This document shows, piece after piece, positions 27,158 through 36,150 of a stretch of DNA of 64,000 bases. The notes under the pieces were generated by a model. That model saw nothing but the letters and a program-made list of their open reading frames with translations, was not told the DNA's origin and searched no databases. The position numbers and the translations under genes were made by a program. The DNA is from Acidimicrobiia bacterium (GTDB lineage: Bacteria > Actinomycetota > Acidimicrobiia > Spongiisociales > ZC4RG35), in NCBI GenBank assembly GCA_965203555.1, contig CBDBCY010000004.1, positions 2,560,001-2,624,000 of the forward strand. Direction: 5' to 3'. Within the stretch, counting starts at the first letter, position 1, and the number at the start of each line of letters is the position of its first letter.

Positions 27158-28503
27158 GTATCTTCTCCGTAAAAGAGATTCTCGATCTCGGTTATGTGAT
27201 CGGGGAGCGTGAACACGACAATCCGATCCCTGGGCCGGATGACGGTGTCTCCGCGAGGCAGGATGGGAGTCATTCTCCGGACGATTCCCCCCACTATCGA
27301 ACCTTTGGGGATATTGATGTCCATCAGCCGGCAGCCTGCCGCAGGACTGTCCTGCGCCACATCCAATTCGATTGCCTCGGCATCGGAGTCGCTGAAAGTG
27401 ACGACCGAGTGCACCACCCCTCGACGGACATATCTGAGGATGGTGCTGGCGGCCAGCAGTCGAGGGGAAACGGCGCCATCGATTCCGCGCCCCTCCAGCA
27501 GGCCCACATAGTGGGGATTGGTGAGATTGGCCACTGCCATCGGGACTCCCAACGCCTTTCCCACCAGGCAGACCAGGGTGTTGGCGCCGTCTTCCTCGGA
27601 GAGCGCCAGCAGGGCATCCCGTTCTCCCAGATCCAGTCCCCCCAAGGTATCGGGATCGGCCGGGTCGTCACAGATCGCCAAGACCTTGGGATCGGCGTCG
27701 GCCACGGACCGGCAGAACATGTGGTCGTCACTGATGAACACCACCGAAAGCCATGCCTCCCGCATTTTGCGAATCGCCACTCTCGCCAGCCGGGAGTCAC
27801 CGGTTATCACCACCCGGTTGGCCAGGCGGGTTCTTATCCCCAGCAATTTGGCGGCGAACCGCACGTCGCGGGGCGTCACCATCATCAGGACGTGGTCGCC
27901 GGCCTGAATCTCGGTGGCGCTCTTGGCGACCATGGTGTCCCCGTCTCTGATGATTGCCACCACCAGAAAGTCCCGTTTCTTGTAAACGGCTGCCACCTGT
28001 CGCATAGGCCTGCCCAGAAGGGGAGAATCCGGTTGGGCGATGCCGCCCACCAGAATCAATCTCCCGCCGGCGAACTCCCAATGTTCCGACATGCCGCTCA
28101 GTCGCACCAGTCTCACCAGTTCGTCGCCGGTGGCCTCATCGGGGTCTATCACCACCTTCACCCCCATGTTGCGGAGTCCCGATCGCAGACTCGAGTCGGA
28201 GATCCGGGCCACTGTTTGCCTGATCCCCAGGTTGGTGGCCGAGTGGCAGGCCAGGGCATTCACTCCGTCCTGGTCGGTGACCGCGATCAGCAGATCCACC
28301 GGGTCTCCGACAGCCATTATGGCCTTCTTGAGCACTCCCTGGCTGGCGCCGTTGCCGATGATGGACAACACGTCCAACTGGGAGTTGAGAGTGTCAGATA
28401 GTTGTGGGTCTCTTTCGACGATTACAACGTTCTGGCCGTCGGATGAGAAACGCTCGGCCAAGTAGCTGCCGACCGCTCCGGCCCCCACGATAATGATCTT
28501 CAT
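27154..28503 (-). CDS. trkA: Trk potassium uptake regulatory subunit (two RCK domains)
   Basis: MKIIIVGAGAVG, AVTDQDGVN, PRGDTVI..DRIVVF; coupled to trkH. Confidence 0.93.
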   Translation of the reverse strand: MKIIIVGAGAVGSYLAERFSSDGQNVVIVERDPQLSDTLNSQLDVLSIIGNGASQGVLKKAIMAVGDPVDLLIAVTDQDGVNALACHSATNLGIRQTVARISDSSLRSGLRNMGVKVVIDPDEATGDELVRLVRLSGMSEHWEFAGGRLILVGGIAQPDSPLLGRPMRQVAAVYKKRDFLVVAIIRDGDTMVAKSATEIQAGDHVLMMVTPRDVRFAAKLLGIRTRLANRVVITGDSRLARVAIRKMREAWLSVVFISDDHMFCRSVADADPKVLAICDDPADPDTLGGLDLGERDALLALSEEDGANTLVCLVGKALGVPMAVANLTNPHYVGLLEGRGIDGAVSPRLLAASTILRYVRRGVVHSVVTFSDSDAEAIELDVAQDSPAAGCRLMDINIPKGSIVGGIVRRMTPILPRGDTVIRPRDRIVVFTLPDHITEIENLFYGEDT

Positions 28504-28616
28504 TGCTATTGATCCCAAGAATACCGAGATGGCGGAGGGGACAATCGGTCGCAATTGTTGTGAACCGTCGGCCCAGTTGTAAACTCGGTGACTCCTCGTC
28601 ACAGGGGGAGACCCCC

Positions 28617-29480
28617 ATTCCTGATCCACTCGAATCTGCACAGAAAATAGCTGCCGCCCTGGCAAACCAGGGTTACCTGGCCTCCGAGCGGATCTCCCAG
28701 GTCGTGTATCTGGCCGGCCGCCTGAACAAGCCGGTGCTGGCGGAAGGCCCCGCCGGGGTGGGAAAGACCGAATTGGCCAAGGCCGTGGCCGCCGCCACCG
28801 GTCGGAAGTTGGTGCGACTGCAGTGCTACGAGGGACTGGACGAATCCAAGGCGCTCTACGAGTGGAACTATCGAAAGCAGTTGCTGCGCATCTCTGCCGA
28901 CCCTTCATCGCAGTGGAGCCAGATGGAAGAAGACATATTCTCCGAGGGCTTCTTGCTGTCGCGCCCCCTGTTGACGGCTATCTCCTCGTCAGATCCGGTG
29001 GTGCTTTTGGTCGACGAACTGGACCGGGTCGAGATGGAGACCGAGGCTTTGCTGTTGGAAGTTCTGTCGGAGTTCCAGATCACTATCCCCGAGTTGGGCA
29101 CGGTCCGGGCCGGGTCCCAGCCCCTGGTGATCCTGACTTCCAACAACACCCGCGAACTATCCGAAGCGCTTCGGCGTCGCTGCCTGTTCCTGCACATTCC
29201 CTACCCCAGTCCCGAGCGAGAGAAGGCTATCCTGCTTGCCCGGTGCCCGGACCTTCCCGATGCCCTGGCGTCCTCGATCGCCCAGGTTGCCCGCAGCCTG
29301 CGTGGTATGGCTCTCAAGAAACCTCCCTCGGTATCCGAGACCATCGACTGGGCCAGGACGCTTTTGACCTTGGGAGTCGAGAGGATCGACCGAGAATTCT
29401 TCTCGGATACAGCCCACGTTCTACTCAAGTATCAGGCCGATATCGAACTGGCCTGCAAGGAACTTGCTGCGGGAGAGTGA
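28617..29480 (+). CDS. MoxR-family AAA+ ATPase (CoxD-like)
   Basis: EGPAGVGKTELAK, RLQCYEGLDESKALYEWNY, LLVDELDR, TSNNTRELSEALRRRC; start uncertain (ATT 28617 after a strong SD, or GTG 28560). Confidence 0.92.
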   Translation: MPDPLESAQKIAAALANQGYLASERISQVVYLAGRLNKPVLAEGPAGVGKTELAKAVAAATGRKLVRLQCYEGLDESKALYEWNYRKQLLRISADPSSQWSQMEEDIFSEGFLLSRPLLTAISSSDPVVLLVDELDRVEMETEALLLEVLSEFQITIPELGTVRAGSQPLVILTSNNTRELSEALRRRCLFLHIPYPSPEREKAILLARCPDLPDALASSIAQVARSLRGMALKKPPSVSETIDWARTLLTLGVERIDREFFSDTAHVLLKYQADIELACKELAAGE

Positions 29481-29486
29481 GAGTCG

Positions 29487-30953
29487 GTGCTGAGTCTCCT
29501 CACCGACTTCGTGGAGGAACTGCGCACCGCGGGAGTCCCCGTGTCAATGGTGGAAACCATCGACGCCATGGAGGCGGTGCCGATGATCGATCTGGCGGAC
29601 CGTTCGGCCCTGAAGACGGCATTGAGCGCCACAATGGTGAAATCCGCCCGACATCTGGAGGCGTTCGACACCGCCTTCGAGGTGTTCTTCGCTTCCGACC
29701 GTCCTCCACCCCCGGACGAACAGGAATCTCCTCCCCCGACCATGCCGTCGGAGGGTTCTTCGCAGGGGGGATCGGCGGGTGGATCCGGATCGCTGGCTGA
29801 GGCTTTGGCCGCGGCGCTGGGCAGCCAGGACTGGGGGGCTCTGAGCCGCCTGGTGAAACAGGCGGTGGAAGAGTTGGCCGGCATGACATCGGGACGGCCG
29901 GTGGGAGGCGCCTATTACTTGTATCGCACCCTGCGGCGCCTGGACCTCGACATGATGAGAGAGATGCTGGTGCAGATGATGGAAATGCAGGGGTCCCATC
30001 CCGGCTTGAATGAGGGGGCGCTGGCGGATCGTCTCCGCGCCGAAGAGATCGATGACCTGATGGAAAGGTTGAGAAGGGAGTTGATGGCGGAGATCCGTCG
30101 TCGTCTGGTTGCCGACCGGGGGAGACAGCCCGTGGCTGCCACTCTGAGGACCCCGCCGCTCGAAGAGGTCGATCTCATGCACGCTTCGGAATCACAACTG
30201 CGCCGGATCGAAAAGTTGATAGGACCGCTCACCCGCAAGTTGGCCGCACGGTTGGCCCGCCGCGACTTGCACCGTTACCAGGGCCGTCTGGACTTCCGCC
30301 GTACCCTTCGGGCTTCTCTTGGTTCCGGTGGCGTGCCGCTGGACCTTCGCTTTCGCGCCAAGCGGAGATTCCGTCCGGAGATCTTCCTGCTGTGCGATGT
30401 CTCTGGTTCCATGGCGACCTTTGCCCGCTTCACTCTTCAGTTCACCTACGCCATGTCGGCTCGGTTCTCCGGATTGCGGGCATTTGCCTTCGTGGACGGT
30501 GTTGATGAAATCACCCAACTCCTGTCGCCCGGTCTGCGTTTTGGGGTGGTGGCCCAGCGAATCTTCGCGGAAGCCGAGGTGGTGGAACTGGACGGCCATT
30601 CCGACTATGGGAACGCGTTGTCCCGGTTTTGGGATCGCTACGGGGGCGAACTGACTGCCCGGTCCACGGTGATCATCGCCGGGGACGCCCGTAACAACTA
30701 CAGGGACTTTGATGACGAGGCGCTTGCCGGGGCGGCGAACACCGCCGAGGCGATCTACTGGCTGAATCCCGAGCCTCGAGCCTATTGGAACACCGGAGAC
30801 TCCCTGATGTCCAGGATGGGGGCGTATTGCACCGAGGTGTACGAGGTGAGGAATCTCTCCCAGTTGGAAGGCTTTGTCGGCAAGCTCGCCGACCACCGTC
30901 GCAAGCCACCCGCTCGGTGGGTCAACCGGCCAGTTGCGCCAAGCGTTCGATAA
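29487..30953 (+). CDS. VWA-domain CoxE-like protein
   Basis: FVEELRTAGVPVS, LDFRRTLRASL, MIDAS CDVSGSM, GHSDYG, GDARNNY, WLNPE. Confidence 0.92.
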   Translation: MLSLLTDFVEELRTAGVPVSMVETIDAMEAVPMIDLADRSALKTALSATMVKSARHLEAFDTAFEVFFASDRPPPPDEQESPPPTMPSEGSSQGGSAGGSGSLAEALAAALGSQDWGALSRLVKQAVEELAGMTSGRPVGGAYYLYRTLRRLDLDMMREMLVQMMEMQGSHPGLNEGALADRLRAEEIDDLMERLRRELMAEIRRRLVADRGRQPVAATLRTPPLEEVDLMHASESQLRRIEKLIGPLTRKLAARLARRDLHRYQGRLDFRRTLRASLGSGGVPLDLRFRAKRRFRPEIFLLCDVSGSMATFARFTLQFTYAMSARFSGLRAFAFVDGVDEITQLLSPGLRFGVVAQRIFAEAEVVELDGHSDYGNALSRFWDRYGGELTARSTVIIAGDARNNYRDFDDEALAGAANTAEAIYWLNPEPRAYWNTGDSLMSRMGAYCTEVYEVRNLSQLEGFVGKLADHRRKPPARWVNRPVAPSVR

Positions 30954-31935
30954 GGTCGACCACCCGATTCGAGTATCCCCACTCGTTGTCGTACCAGGCC
31001 AGGACCTTTACCAGGTTGGAACCCAGCACCTCGGTACCCCCGGCGTCGAACACGCTGGAATGGGGATTGCCGATTATGTCGGAGGAAACCACCGGCGCCT
31101 CGGTGTATTCGACTATTCCGCGATAGGGACCCGCCGCTTCCTCCCGGACTGTTTCGTTGATTTCCTCGACGGTGACTTCCTCGGACAGTTCCACCACCAG
31201 GTCCACAATGGAGCCGTCGGCCACAGGTACCCGCATCGCCATTCCGTCGAGCTTTCCCTCCAACGCGGGAATGACCTTGCCCACCGCTTTGGCCGCTCCG
31301 GTGGTGGTGGGGATGATGTTCTCGGTGGCCGCCCGGCTGCGCCGCAGGTCTCGGTGGGGAACGTCGGCGAGTCGCTGATCATTGGTGTAGGCGTGAACGG
31401 TGGTCATCAGTCCCCGCTTGATTCGGTAGTGGTCATTGAGGATCTTGGCAATGGGGGCTAGGCAGTTGGTGGTGCAGGAGGCGTTGGAAACGAGGGCGGC
31501 ATCCGGTCCCAGCAGGTGATCGTTCACTCCCAGGACCACGGTCAGGTCCAGGGGATCTTTGGGAGGTACCGTGAGAACCACCCGCTTGGCCCCGGCCTCC
31601 AGGTGCCTGGTCAGGGCCTCACGGGTTCGAAAGACCCCGGTGGACTCCACCACCACGTCGACCCCGAGTTCGGTCCACGGCAGTCTGGCCGGATCGCGTT
31701 CGCACAGCATGTGGATCCGATAACCGCCCACCGCCATTACTCCGGCTGACAGGTTGACTTCTTCCTCCAAGGGCCCCATCACCGAGTCGTAGCGCAACAG
31801 ATAGGCCAACACGTCGTCGTCGGCAAGGTCGTTGACGGCCACCACCTCCAGGTCGGGGAGAGGGCGCTCGATCAGGATGCGCAGCACCGACCGCCCGATC
31901 CTGCCGAACCCGTTGATGGCCACTCTGAATTTCAT
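30922..31935 (-). CDS. gap: Type I glyceraldehyde-3-phosphate dehydrogenase (catalytically intact)
   Basis: INGFGRIGR, SNASCTTNCLAP, TTVHAYT, PTTTGAAKA, AMRVP, WYDNEWGYS. Confidence 0.97.
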   Translation of the reverse strand: MKFRVAINGFGRIGRSVLRILIERPLPDLEVVAVNDLADDDVLAYLLRYDSVMGPLEEEVNLSAGVMAVGGYRIHMLCERDPARLPWTELGVDVVVESTGVFRTREALTRHLEAGAKRVVLTVPPKDPLDLTVVLGVNDHLLGPDAALVSNASCTTNCLAPIAKILNDHYRIKRGLMTTVHAYTNDQRLADVPHRDLRRSRAATENIIPTTTGAAKAVGKVIPALEGKLDGMAMRVPVADGSIVDLVVELSEEVTVEEINETVREEAAGPYRGIVEYTEAPVVSSDIIGNPHSSVFDAGGTEVLGSNLVKVLAWYDNEWGYSNRVVDLIERLAQLAG

Positions 31936-32939
31936 GAGCCGCTCATCCTCTCCAGTACCTCCACGATGCGCTCCGAATACCCCCAACCGTTGTTGTACCA
32001 GGTCACCGTCTTGGCCAGGTGGTCGCCGATAACCATGGTGGCCAGGCTGTCAAACACCGCCGATACTGAGGCGCCGGTTACGTCGGAAGAGACGATGGGA
32101 TCGGTGGTGTACTCGACGATTCCCCGGTAGCGGGTCTCACAGGCCTGGTGGACAGCCAGGTTCACTTGATCGACATCCACCGGGGTCTCCAATTCGGCCA
32201 CCAGATCGACGGTTGAACCGTCCACCACCGGGACATTGAGGGCCAGCGAACCCAGTTTCCCTGCGAATTCGGGTCGGGCGGCCACCAGTATCTCCACGGT
32301 GTTGGTGGGCGAGGGAATGATGTTGTCCGCCGCGGCCCGGCTGGAACGAAATCCGGAGGTCGGCACATCCGCCAGGCGCTGAGCGTTGGTCATGGCATGG
32401 ACGCTGGTGAAAAAGCCCCGCTGCAATCCGAAGTTGTCGGCCAGGGTCCAAAGAATGGGCGCCAGCGCGTTGGATGTGTTGGAACCAAGGGAGATCACCT
32501 GCGTGTCGGGCTCAAGGAGATGGTCGTTCACTCCTCGCAAGAGAATCGGGATCTCACCCGGAACCTGGGGCGTTGAGGCCAGGACGACGCCCCGGGCGCC
32601 GGCGGCGATGTGGCGACGGCACTCTTGCATGGTGTGATGGCGTCCGGTGGATTGCACGACCAGTGACACGCCCAGGTCACGCCAGTCCGCATCTCCGGCG
32701 TCACGGGCAGCGATTAGGGGCGTGGACTTTTCACCAACCAATAGGGCGCCGTCCTGGTAGGTGACCGGTTCGGGAAACCTGCCATAGATGGAGTCATAGC
32801 GCAGCAGATAGGCCAAACCCACCGGGTCGGCCACATCCGCAACGGCGCCCACTTCCAGGGAGGGATGGCCTCTCAACAACCGAAAGACATTGCGACCCAC
32901 TCTGCCGAAGCCCATCAGAGCCACTTTGGTTTTTTGCAA
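31932..32939 (-). CDS. GAPDH paralog lacking the catalytic Cys (putative pseudoenzyme)
   Basis: Full-length and collinear with gap (GFGRVGR, YDS, QRLADVP, WYNNGWGYS), but SLGSNTSNALAP replaces SNASCTTNCLAP and ALNVP replaces AMRVP. Confidence 0.9.
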   Translation of the reverse strand: MQKTKVALMGFGRVGRNVFRLLRGHPSLEVGAVADVADPVGLAYLLRYDSIYGRFPEPVTYQDGALLVGEKSTPLIAARDAGDADWRDLGVSLVVQSTGRHHTMQECRRHIAAGARGVVLASTPQVPGEIPILLRGVNDHLLEPDTQVISLGSNTSNALAPILWTLADNFGLQRGFFTSVHAMTNAQRLADVPTSGFRSSRAAADNIIPSPTNTVEILVAARPEFAGKLGSLALNVPVVDGSTVDLVAELETPVDVDQVNLAVHQACETRYRGIVEYTTDPIVSSDVTGASVSAVFDSLATMVIGDHLAKTVTWYNNGWGYSERIVEVLERMSGS

Positions 32940-33079
32940 CGATTTCCCTCCGCCGGGTGTCTCCTGCCCTCAGAAAATTACCACATCCCGTTCAAATATC
33001 ACCATCGAAATCTTTCGCGGTCCGGCAGGAAACCGCCGTGACGCTTGAATCTCGCAAACGCGCCTTGCATCCTGAAGGG

Positions 33080-33619
33080 GTGAGGGCATTTCGGTACGAG
33101 ACCGTTGGAAGACGAGCGGCATGGTTGCTGCTCATGTTGGTGGCGCTTCCTGCCCCGGCTCGCACGGAGACCGACTGCCGACCGGCGCTCAGGCCACCGG
33201 TGCCGGGGATGATCCTTCGATCTTTCGCTCCAGCCGATCGCGGAGGCCATTGGGGAGTGGACCTGGCGTCGTCGGAGGCGGCGGTGGTGCGGGCGCCGGT
33301 ATCGGGCAGGGTGACCTACGCCGGAAGTGTCGCCGGAATCCGATCAGTGACCGTCGCTCCCCTGCCGGAGGTGAGAGTGAGCATCTCCTATCTATCGGAA
33401 ATATGGGTGACGCGCGGGCAGCGGTTGAAAGTCGGCCAGCCCCTGGGACGGTCGGGCATCGATCACGGAATCTCCGCCGTACATCTCTCGTTACGGGTAA
33501 AGGGTCGGTATCAGGATCCCCGCCCTGCTCTGAACTGCGGACCAGGACCCGGACCGAACGGAGGGCGCCTGAAGCTTCTTCCCCACGGATCGGGCGCCCA
33601 CCCGCGTGTGGATCACTGA
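33080..33619 (+). CDS. Secreted M23-family peptidase-like protein
   Basis: Signal peptide, GHWGVDL (HxxxD), VRAPVSGRVTYAG, VHLSLR..YQDP; start inferred. Confidence 0.8.
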   Translation: MRAFRYETVGRRAAWLLLMLVALPAPARTETDCRPALRPPVPGMILRSFAPADRGGHWGVDLASSEAAVVRAPVSGRVTYAGSVAGIRSVTVAPLPEVRVSISYLSEIWVTRGQRLKVGQPLGRSGIDHGISAVHLSLRVKGRYQDPRPALNCGPGPGPNGGRLKLLPHGSGAHPRVDH

Positions 33620-33644
33620 CGGCAGCCTGCATTGATCGTGCCGG

Positions 33645-34238
33645 ATGAGCCGGGCTAAGGTAGCAAATGTGAGGAGAGCATTGTTGGGTGGCACCTTCGA
33701 TCCCCCCCACCTGGCTCATCTGGTGTTGGCGGAAGCCGCCCATTGCCAACTCGGGGTCTCGGCGGTGGAATTCATACCGACCGGAAACCCGTGGTGGAAG
33801 TTACAGCCGCCTCCTTCCGCAGCACATCACCGGTTGGAGATGATCAGACGGGCTACGGCGGGTATTCCCTATTGGAAGGTCAACGATTGCGAGGTGCGCC
33901 GGGACGGTCCCAGCTACATGGCGGACACCTTACAGACCTTCGACTCCCGAGATGAGGTCTATCTGGTGCTGGGCGCCGACGCGGCCATCGGAATCCGCGA
34001 GTGGATGCGTTGGAGGGAAGTTGTCGAACGGGTCCGCCTAGTGGTGGCCGCGCGGCCGGGAACCGATCTGCAGCGGGTCGAGCAGGCGGTCGGACACTCA
34101 CCTACCTGGCTGGAGATCCCCCGGCTGGACATTAGCTCCGAGCAGATCAGGCGCCTGTGCCGGGCAGGTCAAAGCATCCGGTTTCTGGTTCCGGAACCGG
34201 TCCTGGAATACATCGCCGAAAACCGGCTCTACTCCTGA
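33645..34238 (+). CDS. nadD: Nicotinate-nucleotide adenylyltransferase
   Basis: GGTFDPPHLAH, GPSY, LGAD, ISSEQIR. Confidence 0.96.
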   Translation: MSRAKVANVRRALLGGTFDPPHLAHLVLAEAAHCQLGVSAVEFIPTGNPWWKLQPPPSAAHHRLEMIRRATAGIPYWKVNDCEVRRDGPSYMADTLQTFDSRDEVYLVLGADAAIGIREWMRWREVVERVRLVVAARPGTDLQRVEQAVGHSPTWLEIPRLDISSEQIRRLCRAGQSIRFLVPEPVLEYIAENRLYS

Positions 34239-34242
34239 GGGG

Positions 34243-34668
34243 ATGGCTTATGATGAGGATCACATTCGATCACCAGGGGGTGGTTTAGTAGAGACTCTGG
34301 AAGCTACTCGGCTCGCAGCCGACGTTTTGGCGGAGAAGAACGCCTCTGACATCGTGTTGCTGCAGGTGGGAGAGGCGATGGGCATCACCGAGGTGTTCGT
34401 GATCGCCACCGGTCGTTCCCGGCCCCACATCCAAAGCCTCGCCGAGGAGCTGAAGATCCGTTTTGGGGAGCACGGACGGCAGCGTTTCGGGGAGGAAGGG
34501 TTGGCGCAGTCCGAGTGGGTGTTGCTGGATTACGGTGATTTCATCGTGCACATCTTCTCTCCCGAGCATCGTCTCTACTACGGACTGGAACGTCTGTGGG
34601 GTGACGCGCCCCAGGTTCCCTGGACCCGGCCCGCCGCCCAAACCGCATCCGAGCTCAAATCGGCCTGA
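34243..34668 (+). CDS. rsfS: Ribosome silencing factor
   Basis: FVIATG, WVLLDYGDFIVHIF..YYGLERLWGD; follows nadD. Confidence 0.96.
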   Translation: MAYDEDHIRSPGGGLVETLEATRLAADVLAEKNASDIVLLQVGEAMGITEVFVIATGRSRPHIQSLAEELKIRFGEHGRQRFGEEGLAQSEWVLLDYGDFIVHIFSPEHRLYYGLERLWGDAPQVPWTRPAAQTASELKSA

Positions 34669-34687
34669 TATATACTCCTGGGAGCCG

Positions 34688-34761
34688 GGGGCTGTAGCTC
34701 AGCTTGGAAGAGCGCTTGCATGGCATGCAAGAGGTCACGGGTTCAAGTCCCGTCAGCTCCA
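34688..34761 (+). tRNA. tRNA-Ala(GGC)
   Basis: GGGGCTGTAGCTCAG..CTTGC AT GGC AT GCAAG..GGTTCAAGTCC..CAGCTCCA; G3:U70 pair. Confidence 0.95.
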
Positions 34762-34829
34762 CAGAAATAGGCCCATCTATCTGGTATCAATTGTTGGGTT
34801 GCTACCCAAATTCCAGCGGCCCTCAGCCC

Positions 34830-35267
34830 TCAGCCGGGACCTGAATCCCTTCCGCTCCTCACAGAGTCGCGTCCCCTCCGTTTGTTTTCCAGGCCGACAT
34901 CCTTGTCGGGTCGGGTGAGCACGTACCACCAAGCCAAGGCTGCCGCCGCGACCAGGATCACCCGAAGAGTGGTGTTGGTGGTCAGTATCACCGCGGAGGC
35001 CGTGATGGCGATGAGGGCGACGGTTTTGGCACGTACGGTTGGACCTGCCTGGTAGCTGCGGGTATCTTGCCGAACAGGGGATTGGTTGCGAAGCCACATC
35101 TCAAAACGCCGGGAGGACCGGGCGAAGAAAAGCAGCGCCAATATCACGAAGTCGACGGTCGAGATCCCCGGGAGCCGGCTTATGAAGCCGAACCCCAAAC
35201 ATGTAAACCGAGGATGAGATAGATCAAACGCAACAGGGGAAAGCGGGCCAACTGTGCACGGCGCCAA
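34830..35267 (-). CDS. YbaN/DUF454-family membrane protein (divergent, possibly decaying)
   Basis: LPGISTVDFVILALLFFARSSRRFEMWL..TVRAKTVA..; the N-terminal TM looks degenerate and the start is uncertain. Confidence 0.65.
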   Translation of the reverse strand: MAPCTVGPLSPVAFDLSHPRFTCLGFGFISRLPGISTVDFVILALLFFARSSRRFEMWLRNQSPVRQDTRSYQAGPTVRAKTVALIAITASAVILTTNTTLRVILVAAAALAWWYVLTRPDKDVGLENKRRGRDSVRSGRDSGPG

Positions 35268-35483
35268 GGTTTACGATCGGTTGCCTAATAAATCAAAGGC
35301 ACTTTGTGTTGTTCCGTTATTGGTCTTCCTGTTTGGTCTCCCACGCCGTCCGGAGACAGCGTTTTCCGGTGTGTGTCCCTACAGGAAGGCATTCAGTGAG
35401 GATTGGCCGCCCAAAGTGCGCTCAAGCCGGGACTGGGAGGCGGGGTCCCGGACACCTGTGAGAACAAAGATCGGTCGAACCGA

Positions 35484-35801
35484 TTAGCTCTCCGACGCGC
35501 GCCCCGGGGTGGCGAGGAGAGCCTCGTACAGTGAAACGTGCGGGGCCTCCGCCAGCACACTGCCGGTGAGGGGTCGGCCATGCGCGCGACGGAAAATGTC
35601 AGACTGCATCCAAGCCTCGAAGGCCTCGCGCGACTCCCAGGTGGAGTGCGAGATGTACTCTCCCGGCTCGTCGCTCCGCAGGAGCAGGAACATCTCAAAA
35701 CCAGGAGCGTCTGCGATGAAGGACTCCCGTTCGCTCCAACGGCGTTCGAACTCCTCCTCTTGTCCGGGCAGAACGCGAAACCGGTTCATTGCGATCAGCA
35801 T
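35484..35801 (-). CDS. ABM-family heme-degrading monooxygenase (IsdG/HmuQ-like)
   Basis: IAMNRFRV..FERRW..APGF..TWESREAFEAW..FRRAH (Asn/Trp/His set of the IsdG family). Confidence 0.8.
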   Translation of the reverse strand: MLIAMNRFRVLPGQEEEFERRWSERESFIADAPGFEMFLLLRSDEPGEYISHSTWESREAFEAWMQSDIFRRAHGRPLTGSVLAEAPHVSLYEALLATPGRASES

Positions 35802-36150
35802 GTTGGTTTCCCCTGGCTTGTCGGCGGGTTCAATTCTGCGGGCTTGTGCATGCCTTCAACATGGTTGCCCCCCATTCGGCCTTGCGAGTTGGAGTATACC
35901 CAAGGCTGTTCACCGGGTCTTGCTCTCAACAGGCGGGCCAGGTCTTCATAGACACAGCTTGCCATGCTTCTGTGTATACGTTGGCCCCTGGGTCCTGTGG
36001 GGATCGGTCAACTTCATCTGCTCCAGCAGATCGGCGCCCGCACGGTCAGGAGGCGAACAGCGACAGTCCGACATAAAACGGGCATATCCTGGTTCTTAAA
36101 CGGACCGGACAGTGGTGGTTCCCGGGTCTGGTCGGTAGGATTCCGGGCGG

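Noticed and set aside
31932-32939. Second gap as erythrose-4-phosphate dehydrogenase (epd) or a simple pseudogene
   Set aside because: Epd retains the catalytic Cys. The frame here is intact, full length and translationally coupled, with changes concentrated in the active site.
35271-35289. DtxR/IdeR box upstream of the ybaN-like gene
   Set aside because: Only one TTAGG half-site matches (about 11/19); too weak to call.
35802-36150. Long intergenic region examined for a cobalamin or other riboswitch
   Set aside because: No B12-box or other recognisable consensus found by eye on either strand; an Rfam scan would be decisive.
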